Origin: Dimorphilus gyrociliatus
Lineage: Eukaryota > Animalia > Annelida
Direction: 5' to 3'
Assembly: GCA_904063045.1 (NCBI GenBank)
Contig: CAJFCJ010000007.1
Coordinates: forward strand, 4,347,404-4,411,403
Length of the DNA stretch: 64,000 bases
Part shown: positions 41,402 through 52,558 of the stretch, piece after piece
Numbering within the stretch: position 1 is the first letter of the stretch
Layout of the letters: every line of letters starts with the position of its first letter
Position numbers and translations under genes: made by a program
Notes under the pieces: generated by a model
What the model was told of the DNA's origin: nothing
Seen by the model: the letters and a program-made list of their open reading frames with translations, nothing else
The model's database searches: none

Positions 41402-43149
41402 AGCGTCGTTTAAAAAGTCAGTAGCGACGTCTGTTGTAGAAAAAAGTAGTTGGACAAATTGATAGCGATAGATGGAGTATTCAATAACTTGGTTTAATCT
41501 GGTGAAAAAAGATTAGTAATTATTAACTTAATGTTTATAGGACTTGGGAGAGCAATACATAGTCTAAATGCAATATTAGTATTTAAAGGGTCTGAAAAAT
41601 TGATGAGCTTCATTAAAAGAAAAAGAAAAGCCCCCGCATCTTCCTCCCTTGTATTTCCTCCTTTTCAATCTTTATAAAGTTGAATTATATTAAATTTAAA
41701 GGTAAACCAACTTTTCTATATAGCGCTAATGTAACTTCTTTCGTAGTTATTGTTTAAATAATAACTACTTGAACGTAGATTCTATATTAATATATAGAAA
41801 TAATAAGGATAGATAGATAGATATTTATGCCATAAATGGATAATTAATTATAAAACATTCATGTCTATTATGTGTTTATTCCTTCTGATAAATATATAGT
41901 CTGTTAGGCCTAAAACAAAAATCTTATTCCACTTAACCCTAGATACTTTTATACAAAAAATTAAAAAAAAAAGTTTACTTACCAACTGCAGTAAGTACTT
42001 TTATTTTGTTTTGTTCTTTTTTTTAGGGGAGGTGATTGGGGGAGTGGGAGTGGGAAGCAGAGGGAAGGTCCCGAGGAAGAGAGAGAGAGAGTGTGTGTGT
42101 GTGTGTGTGTGTGTGGGATAGGAGGGAAAAGCAAATTAACTAAGAATATTCTTTAAAAAGTCACATTTCTACTTTTTGTTACCTATTCTTTTCTTTCTTT
42201 TCTCTTTCCTTTTTTATCTTCCTTTGTTTTTTACTTGAAAACGTATTAGAATAACTAAAAACAAAAACAAAAAAAAAAAACAAAAGAAAACAGAGAATAG
42301 GAATTAGAATGAAAATAACATCAGTTTTTTATGTTTTCTAGTTAAAAATTTGATGTGTAGCGTCTAACAAACACATTCTTTTCATTTAAAACGACATTTT
42401 CAGGATTCTTTGTAATACGAGTCGTTGGAACGTTAATAATTAAGTAAAATTTTCTTTTTTTTTTTTTGTATTTTCTATAATAATTTCCCTCTAAAGGTAT
42501 TTGTACTTGTAATAAATTGGATAACTTTACTAACGATGTCTATCGAGTTTAAGAATCCGAAATTGTTCTATTGATCTCCTAATGTAACATAGGCCGAAGC
42601 GAAATACGTAGGCTGAAATTCCAATATACACCATATATTAATATATTCCAGAGGCAAAGGATCTATATATAATGAAATATTAATAAATCTATATATAATA
42701 TAAGCGTATTATTTCTCTAGAAAATTTTATTTTCGACGTTAACTGGGCTATAAAGGTGGCGATAGGAAGGAATGACCAGTTTAACAATATTATTCTGTTC
42801 ATCTTAATGACTATATCGATATTATAGGCTTAATAAGACAATTCACGGGATAATGTTTAACCTCAAGAAAGCCATGTTTTTCTTTAATGAATGTCTCTAA
42901 CGTCCCCAAACGATGCCACTGCTATTACGCAATAATTAAAGTATAGTCAATTAGATACTGTTTAGCGCCATCTGTAGAAATGATACAGGTGACTATCACG
43001 TCTTCGGTTAAAAAATAAAGGACACCTTTTTTTTATTAGTAATATTGTATTGAATCACGTCCGGGAAATCTAAAATTGATTGTTAACTGGAGAAAAAGTT
43101 TCTTTTTTGGTTAATTAAGTCGGAGTTTTCAAGATTAAAAAAATTCCCG

Positions 43150-43520
43150 AATAGCATCGACCCGCAAAAACCGCATCAATTTTGCAGACGACCGACACAA
43201 TACAACGTTCTACGACGCGTTGGAACACGAATACGTCAGTCAATTTTCGATTCTTTCATTTTTCCTTCCAAAGTCACGTGACACTGTACACGCTCTTTTT
43301 ACAGTTGGCCACTTAGTTGTTACTCAGTTATTGGAAAGTGAGCCCCTCTAAACTAACAGATGCGATAGTAAAGCGAAAAGAGAAGGATTTCTAAAAAGTT
43401 TAACTAATCTTGAGATATCATTGCTCGAGGAGGGCGGCGAACCGTGACGTTGCGCATGCGCATTGGGCTCGTTTCCTTTTGTACCATCGCGCATTTTCTT
43501 GTTGGCGCCGTTCAAGCATC
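43150..43520 (+). promoter_or_regulatory. CpG-rich distal promoter / 5'UTR (P1) of RREB1, divergent from USP39
   Basis: GTCACGTGAC at 43273-43282, Inr-like TTAGTT and TCAGTT near 43313-43330, and a perfect NRF1 palindrome TGCGCATGCGCA at 43451-43462, followed by an ATG exon with a GTATGT donor. Confidence 0.65.
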
Positions 43521-43557
43521 ATGACGCGACGAAAGCAAGCCAATCCCAAATTTAGAG
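43521..43557 (+). CDS. RREB1: Candidate first coding exon of RREB1: MTRRKQANPKFR plus a phase-1 base
   Basis: ATC ATG start context, a 12-codon RRKQxxP motif and the donor AG|GTATGT. The next downstream + strand CDS is the RREB1 zinc-finger exon. Confidence 0.7.
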
Positions 43558-46500
43558 GTATGTATACTGTTGTCATCAAACGTCTATATCAGTTTTGTGT
43601 CGAGATGTATTTTTGTACTACTAGAGAAATCTTTAATTTTATATTTGCCTGTTCAAGCTGTTTGAACGGCGAAGAGCGCGATGTAGACCATATGATTTGA
43701 TACGGTCGAAACTTCTTAATTAATAATATTAAGTTACATAATATCGATTGTTTAGGCGATTTCAACGTTTAATTTGTTTGGCTACTTGCCAAATAACTAC
43801 CTCATCATTAGGCCTACTTAGCGAGCAGTGTCTGGTGAAAAGATGCTTGAATAGTTTAGAAGTTGAAATTTTTAAGTATGAGTAAAAAAAAAAACTACAT
43901 TTTTTTAACAAAACCTAAAATAAGAAAATAGAATAAGAAGAGACTATATAGATGTATTGAAGTTGCCAAGCAGCGAGGCGAGTTAGAACATGATGTGAAA
44001 GGGCTTATTCTGAATATAGCCATCGATCCGTTTGCGCATTGACATCGCCTGTGCCCGGGCACGTTTTTGCGTTAGGGGCGATTCGAATGCAGAGTGAAGA
44101 TTATTTTCTTTTCTTTACTCTTTTTTTTCTTTTCTTTCTATCTCTCTATCTCTCTTTCATTCCTCCACTTAATATTGTATAGTTATATATATATATATAT
44201 ATATATATATTTGGTTTAGTCATTCCTATTAGATATATATGTATTAGTATATAGAGTTTTAAATCTTTTTTCTTCCTACATTCCTTAGTATCGTAATTTT
44301 TATTTTACGTTCCTGTCTGTACCTTGTTCCTATTTATCCTTTAGGTTTCTTTGACGTTTATACCTTTCTCTCTCAATCTTTTGTCTGGTTCGAACATTTT
44401 CGAGTAAAGGCAACAAAAAGCCGATAAATTTTACCAGAGCGCAGCATCAGGCGTAAAAAGAAGGTTTTCAAAAGGCCTTATTCATCAATCGCTTGAATAG
44501 AAAATGAAAAATAGAGAAGGTTTTTATGAAAGCATCTTTGACGTAGCCGAAGTCGTGTTCTCTCTTTTCTTACTATTTCTTACCCTTTTTCAATATGATG
44601 ACGGATGCTGCGCGTTCCTTTGAATCGCCAAAATAGGCCTATAGTTTCATTCTATTTTTTTTTACAAGATGCTTTTTTGTGTATTAGCAAGTGGTACTGA
44701 GTAGAAACGAAAAATAAGTATGAAACAGTACGCGTGTTCACCTTGTTTGATACAGTATTTTCGTTTCATAAAAAATCGTTAAATTGTATTTACAACCAGA
44801 AGAAGGAAAGTCCTATATGTAGGGGGCTTATCTAATAATCAAGTAATGTGAGCTTTTTGTTGGGGATTTGTAAAGACGTATCATTAGCCTATGAGCTTAA
44901 ATCTTTGACACTAAAAAAAATACCCGTTAAAGGAATGATGAGAATTTATTTTAATTCTCCCCGCTTTTGTATACATACCCTTCAAGAAGCCGCCATAAAA
45001 TTTATGCGGATGAGATATGGGGTTTGATGTCAAATTTTTTCAAGTACGCCTATAAAAAGTCCCTTTTTAATACAAAGGCCTAAATTTTACAGTCATTTTG
45101 ATACAGTTGGATACTTTTCTATCACTTTCTTTGCCACCCTTCTCGTCTTCTTCAATTTGGAAAAAAAAATTACAAGCAAAAATTATAATGCACTTGTCTT
45201 TTAAGCAATACTTGATTGTTTAATTATGACATTGTCTAATTACTTCGTACTTTTCTCTATAACGAGTTTGAACGTAGTTATTTAAATAAAAATTTACAAT
45301 GACTTATAAAAATATCTTCTTACGTCATTTTTTCCTTCTCTGGTGATAGAAAAAGACAGATTTAACAATCGAAATTTGTCATTGTTGCTATTTTAATACA
45401 AAACTATAAAACCACCTTGGCCAATGTGTATTTGGGAGAAATGGATGGAAAGAGTAAATTCTACTTTCTTTCGTTAAAAATTTTTGTCTAGTTATTATTC
45501 ATAACTTTCATAAGATGGACACTCGAAACTTTATATACGAAAATAAAGAAACTAGAAAAAGAAGAATTCTATTGTTGATAGAGAAAAAGTAATTCTTGAA
45601 TAGTCCTTACTAAATATATTGTAATGATTGCGTTATATATCTTCTCAATATTTCTATCCTTTCCTCTTGCTTTTTGCCCTATTTCTTTTTTTTTTATTGT
45701 TCTTTCGCAAAAATCAATTGATTCTTCAATGAAAAATAATGATAAAAAATTTTCTACGCCTCCGCTTGAATATATCCATCAAAAATCTATTTTTAGTATA
45801 TATCCTCTGTATTTCACGATTTAATAATAGGCTTGTAACACATTTGATTCACGACTTGGTTTCATCGGTTGAACTGTAGCACCCCTTTTCACTTCTCTTT
45901 TCTTAAGAAATTGGTAATCGGCACATGTTGACTATGATTAAAGGTCAATTTTTAAAACTATAAGAAGAGGAAAGAGCGGAGGTAGCTTTCTAACAGAATA
46001 GGGTTGAAAATAAATTATTCTCTAAGAAAAATAGGAGACGTAAAAAGATATAAAAGAGAGAGAGAGAGAAAGAGAGAGAAAGAGACCTATCGATTATAAT
46101 TTGGGCTTTCTTTCGCTTGTTAGATGGAAGCGGCTCGGCCGCGCCCGTAGTTAGGAATTCACTTTATGAAGTTGTGCGATTTCTATGGGCCTATTCATAT
46201 AGAAGGAGAAGGGTGCGATAGGAAAGCAAACATGTTTGAACAGGATGAAGAAGTCGGGAGATTCTTGATAGCTTTATATAGCAATTCAATGTTGTATTCA
46301 AGTCTGACTTTTTTGATAAGCCTATTTATTAAACACTTGGAAGATTTACAGAAAGCTTATTGCAAATATAAGCCCTTTAAAAAAGAGATGCTGCCGCATT
46401 GCAGCCGAGAATGAAGAGCTCTAGGCCTAAATTCCCTTTGTTCGCATTAAAATATTGTCCAATAGAACAGCTACGGACAGAGCGTTCAAAATTAATAGGC

Positions 46501-47899
46501 TGAATAATATAGCCTATTTAAGAGACTTGAGAGTTTTGATTTCTTAAAATTGAACTTTGATATCTTGAACTAGAACAAAAATTAATCAGGATGAGATAGC
46601 ACATACGGTAACAACACAAAGTCAGCAATTCCCAAGATGCTGCCCGCCGTTCAAGCGTTTGAAACTTGTTCATACGCGTCGCGGCCGCCGTCTAATTATT
46701 GATAAGCGGAGAACAAACGAGTCTATTGACGAGCGGGACTAGGGAAAAGAGCATCCCTATACGGCTGAACAATACAACTCAAATTGACGCATTGTCGGAA
46801 CGCATCCGCCCTTTGTTTCGTTCAATACAAACGACGAAACATTGAACGACGCCTGTCCATACTCGTCTCATTCCACAGCGTCTAATAGTAGACGCTACCC
46901 CGCGGGAAAAATTGGATGCTGTCGTCATGGAGTTGAATCGATCCGCTTCGGTGGCGTTTAGCATCTCTAGTTATCCCTGATTTCGCCTACTTGTTTATGC
47001 AAACAGGTTGATTTGAATTTTATGGAGGTCGAATAGGATTAGGTCGGGATTGTTATAGGCTTGGCGGGAAAGTACTGAATAAATCTGATGCAAAGCTGTT
47101 ACCCTACACTGTTCAACAAAGCCTTAAGTGTTCAAACACAACATCCTGTTGAATATAAAATTCGACCGCGCTTATTATTCATCGTATACGTGTGACGAGA
47201 ATTGGCTTTTTGAACAGCACAAGTGATGCTGTATCGATTTCTTATCGTAGTTTATTTTTATACTATTTGTTGTCCGATAAGGGAACCCTATTACACCGAA
47301 TATGTTTCTCAATTTTCAGAGGAAACACGTGAGACCACGTGATCGTTTGTTACTCTTTGATCAGTATCTTTAACCTAAAATGACATCCTTCGAATATGGC
47401 ATGTTCGTGGTAAAAAGTGTTTTATTGGATTGTCATATTTTGATGGCACTTGTTGCCACAAAGAATTTTTACCCTTGTAGTTTTTATGGCGTTAATCGGT
47501 GTCAAGATTCATTCCCTTTAATTATGCATTATATCGCCGATCCTTATAACGGGAAATCGTGAAATGATTGAGGCTTTTTCTTTCCCATTTCTTTAAGCAA
47601 CGCTTTTGAACGGAGTTAACTGTACTTTACTTTTGCTGCTAACCGGATGAACCTTTCTTTTCATTTTCAAATCTTTGAATATGACCTACTGCTTTAACAA
47701 AAAAAAGTCTAATCTGGTTCCCCGATGCTATTCAGTTGCCCAGGAAACAAAGTATGACGTGTGACTCTTTTAGGTATTGAATAACGAAGAAAAGGGCGGC
47801 TTGAATAAGACGGTAGGAGTTACGTGAGAAAAATGTAAAAAATTTCAATATAATATTGAACAACTTCCAAAGTCTCTTAAAGAGCTTTCGAGGGATGGG

Positions 47900-48030
47900 T
47901 ATTGGTTTTCAAAATGGCGATTTAAGCGGGGGGCGGCGATCACAATGATGAAAAAAGTATCAGGCCTAATGAGTCACGTGACGTCTTGGAACACCTGAGT
48001 ATATAAATATTCGACTTTCGTGCATTCATC
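47900..48030 (+). promoter_or_regulatory. Internal promoter (P2) inside the first intron of RREB1
   Basis: Ordered elements: ATTGG (CCAAT, reverse) 47901, CAAAATGGCG (YY1) 47910, GC box near 47928, GTCACGTGAC 47973, TATATAAA 48000. A second GTCACGTGAC follows at 48120 and donor-like sites at 48203 and 48327. Confidence 0.55.
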
Positions 48031-51000
48031 GATGGATGCTTCTATACTGCCTTAGCGTTCTCTGAATTGATTTCGAATTTCCTGCTTCATTGTCTTGAGC
48101 GCTTTTATCGACGGTTTGTGTCACGTGACTATTCGGCTGATAAACCGTATCGCTAGACACTTTCGGACGCGATGGCGATAACGGTAGACCGCAGCGCAAC
48201 AGGTGTGGGGACCTGCTTTTTTTTTGTTCATTGTTTATTTATCATTTTGGTAATCGATTAAAAAAACCTTGTTTGTCAACAGATTTAAGGCGCGAACAAG
48301 CTGAACAGACATACGACGATGAACAGGTAAATAATTTATTGTTTATAACAACGATGTAGCTATAGCATCTCGCGATCCGAAACAGTAGACAGCTGCAACA
48401 AAAAACTATATATATATTGCACACACATACATACATTTACCACACACAATGATAATTACGTGAACAGTGTGGAACTTGCGAGAATAAAATTGAAAGGAAA
48501 AAGAGCGCACTTTTGCGACGTCATCGATTTTCGAACGCTTCGGGAAAGAAACGTCGTGTCCTTGACCTCTTCGGCCGGCAGTTTCTTTTTCACGCTATCG
48601 ATTTCGAATAGTTTCGAGATGTAATATACCAATCGAAATCGACCTTGACCTTTTCTTTTTCGAACCGGGATGCTTTATTGAACCGACTTTTTTTTTCTTT
48701 TTTTTTTTTACTATACATATTGAAAGCTATAGTAGTCACACAAGCATATGTATAAATTAGAGTTTATATATAGTCAAGAACAAGTGGATCGTACGGATGG
48801 TGGTAGATTGTTTATTGCGTTTCGTGTAATAGATTTGTGTTAGTAATATGATAAGGTTTACGTACATTCTACCGTATCAATTTTAGGAGATACAAAATAG
48901 GAGATGGCCGCTATATTTCTTTTTTATCCTTATCCTTTATGTTAAGAATAAAGCGTCTTATGAATTATTCCTTCCTCTCCTAGTTGCATTGGATGGCAAC
49001 AACAAAAAAAAAGAGTCCATAAATATTTTCTTAGCTCCGGATCGAGCGGGGAGTGGTGACTAGAGGGGCAGGTTAAACAGGACCTTTAAAAACTTGTCAT
49101 ATTTAGTTGGAGGAGAGGCGGAAAATCGGGTCAAATAGGGTCAAGTTGCTCGTTATTATCTCTTTAGAAAAAATCAAGTAACAGACGAAATTCTACAAAG
49201 GTTATATAAACAGACAAGCAAAAACATGTGTCAATTTCTTGTCTACTTCTTTGTAGTCTCATAGCTGTTCATTCTATAATTTATACACGTTATTTCCACC
49301 TCATTAGACGGCCTAGTAAGAGTGGCCACCTTTACCAGTTCTTTTTTTATTCTATCTAGTACACAAAATAAAGAATAACTCATCAACAGTTATATCTCAT
49401 CTATTAGCTTACTATCTGTCCTAGAATATTCAAAATAATAATTTGAAAAGAAATAGGTCACTTTGACATCGGTCTCGGACTTTTAGACTTTTATAGCTGA
49501 CCATCCCAAAAAAAAGTGAAGTACTCTAAATTTATAATTTTTATTTGCTCTCTATCGTCACATCTTTCGTTTCTTTTCTATTTATTTATTTGAATATTTT
49601 GGAGTAATAAATTATAAAACAAAAAAGGAAGAGAAAATGTCTATCCGTTTTGAAGATTACTCTATTTTTACGTTTATCATTTTATTCTTCTAAATATTTA
49701 GAAATTTGTCGAATATAAGTAAGGTTAACCAATAAGATGAACAACAATAATTAGTATATTGAATATATAAGGAAAGCAATATCAAAAAGAATTTAGGGAA
49801 ATTGTAAAAGAAAAAAACAAAAAGTTGAAGAATTCTATTCTTTGGACGAATATACTTCATGTTTATAGATATCAATTAAATCTTTAACGCAATTATGATA
49901 ATCGGAAATGAAATAAAATGAAAAAAAGAAGATTTTTCACATTTAATATTGAATATGAAGATGAATCATTAAAATATGAATAAAGTTAAAGAAAATAAAT
50001 TATAGAGAGACGAATATAATGATTAGATAGATAATAGAATTTGTTTTTTGTTTCCTTTTCATAGATTATTAATCAAACTAAGTTTTTTCAATTTAATTGT
50101 TTTTGAACTTGAACTTTTTCCATAAAGCTTAAAATAATGATGTAAGGACAGATTATGACGTGCAAAATGTTGATATTTATATATTGACACTTTGGACTTT
50201 AGTAGTGCGATAGTATAGTTCCTCTAAAATTGATAAGGAGGAGACAAAATAGTATGTGCAATTGAATGTCAATTCGTTAGAGGGCGTCGTCAGCTCTATA
50301 AAAAAGAAATAGTTAAGATTGAACATCTAGGTTTAGCGAAGAAGTCTGAATGCATTGTTTCAACTTCTTAAAAGAACAAAAGTCGTCAAAAGGATTACAG
50401 AACTTTGAACTTAGCCCAGATGTCATAATTGTTGCTACACGTGCCGTTCAGATAAATGAAAAGAGGGTATGTTAATATTCCATCTATTGTTTAATACATC
50501 TGGATAGCATAGGATTTAATGCATAAATAATGGCCATCAACATAATAGAAACAAATTAGGACTAGCGTAAATTAATAGTACTTCAGAAGTAGTTTTAACT
50601 GCCATTAGTTTTTATTTTTATGGTAAAAAAAGAGCCACCTAAACGGAGCATCATTTGATGAATAACTTAAATATTACCAAGAAGAAACAAACAGATCCCA
50701 ATTTACGAGCTTATTGTTTAAGTACAGTAGTGATACAATCAAAGAATAATGTCTATACAGTTTGTTTATTTATTGTATTTGTTGCGTATGTAAAATGTTT
50801 TGGATAGTCGTTTCTTAAGTTAGCTTTCTTTAACATTGAATTTGAAAACTTTCCCTATTCGATTCTTTTTCTCTCTGTTTTTTTTCTTTTTGTTATAACA
50901 ATCTAAATGGGCCATAAAGCCCTGTACCAGCTGGAAAAAAAAAGAATTTCTTTACATAACGTTATGCAACTTTGACAATATGTCTTAAGGATTAGATTTT

Positions 51001-52558
51001 TTTTTCCACTTGAAGAATTCCTTTAAGTTTAGGGGTGTTACAGAAGAGGGCTAGAAACGCTTTTGAACAATTCCGATACTGAAAAATTTCTAGTTTTAAT
51101 AACTCTGAGGGGCGTTTCCGAGTAACATTCTTCTCGTTTCCTGCTCAGTTGATTATTTCAACAGAGCTAATTGATTGCCTATTTTTTCGCCGAAAAACTA
51201 TTTTTAAGCCATCAGAATATCCTTTAAATGATCATAAAACTTATAGAAAATAGTCTTCATATGTTTATTCAAAATATAATAATCAAAATAAAACATTTGC
51301 TTAAATTAATCATGTTGAAAATAGCTATAGAATAGTGGTGGATGTAAGCTTTTCTCACGGTTGTAGTCCTACAGTATGCGGCATGTTAGACGCGTAGCTA
51401 AGTGTCCACTGTTACAAAGCAATATGTAAAGATTTTAAGCCTTTTTAATGTAATTCCTTTTGTCATCTTTTTTACTATTGAAGCTACCTCAGTAATAAGT
51501 TAAAATTATCGTAAAATATGTAGGAGTTATACAGATCTTGTGTAGTGTTGGATTATTAATCAGTTAAAGATCCGATTTATTCTCGTTCAGTTTTTGATTC
51601 TATACGGTCTTTACTTATAATGCGACGAATAATACTTATTCTCTTTCTCTCTCTCCCCAACACCCCCCACCTTTTTTGCCCGCTTCTCTCTTCTTTCACT
51701 ACACCCACCTTCGCCTTATTCTATATTTTAATTCCGTCTTTTCTCTAGTCGCCCTGTGTAATAAAGAATACTAATAATAATAACAAATAAAAATAATAAA
51801 AAAAAAAGAAATGTACCTTGTTCCAACTTGTACCTACGTGTTAATTTCGGCTTATAGCATATAAAATTGAATGAGATAGAGAGAGGGAAAAAAGGAGTAA
51901 GACATTTCAAGCAGGGAGTTTAAGTTTTATAGCGAGGACAATTATTGTTATTATTCTCCATATTACAGAACAAAGTTATATAAGATATCTTAATTTACCC
52001 AATTAGCTTGCTAGAACAGATATTGACAAGATGATGTACTGCCGTCTTCCCTATTAGTTAATAGTTTTCCCGATAGATGGCGTTCGAAATGTATCTAAAA
52101 ATAAAAAAAAAAGGGGGGGAAAAATGTTCCAATTGTCTTAAAGAATTTTTTGCATTACGAAACATTCTCTAATAGTTTAATAAACATATTTTAAACGTTT
52201 TTCTTATTATTGATTAAACCCAACAATGTATGTAAATATTAGCTGATGCTTTTCTATCTATGTAGAGAGAATGAAGCATAACAGTAGCTTCTAAACATTT
52301 TAATGTGGACAACAAAGGTTTAGATGACGTCATGTACCGGTTTATTTTTTTTTGAATGCAAGTGCACGAGGACTAATTAGGACTTACTAATAGAAGTTTC
52401 TTTTGTACTTGATTATAGATTTAGTAAAGCAGAAATCAGTATTAGATGCATGATAATTTCGGAAATGTAAAGAGCGTTTTTTAACTTTAGAGAAGGATAC
52501 ATTATAAGGGAAAAAAATAAAATAATCATTCATTAATAAATTGTTTCATTTCTGCTAG

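Noticed and set aside
46166-46414. 82-aa ORF in the RREB1 intron
   Set aside because: No recognisable motif or supporting splice structure; its length is compatible with chance.
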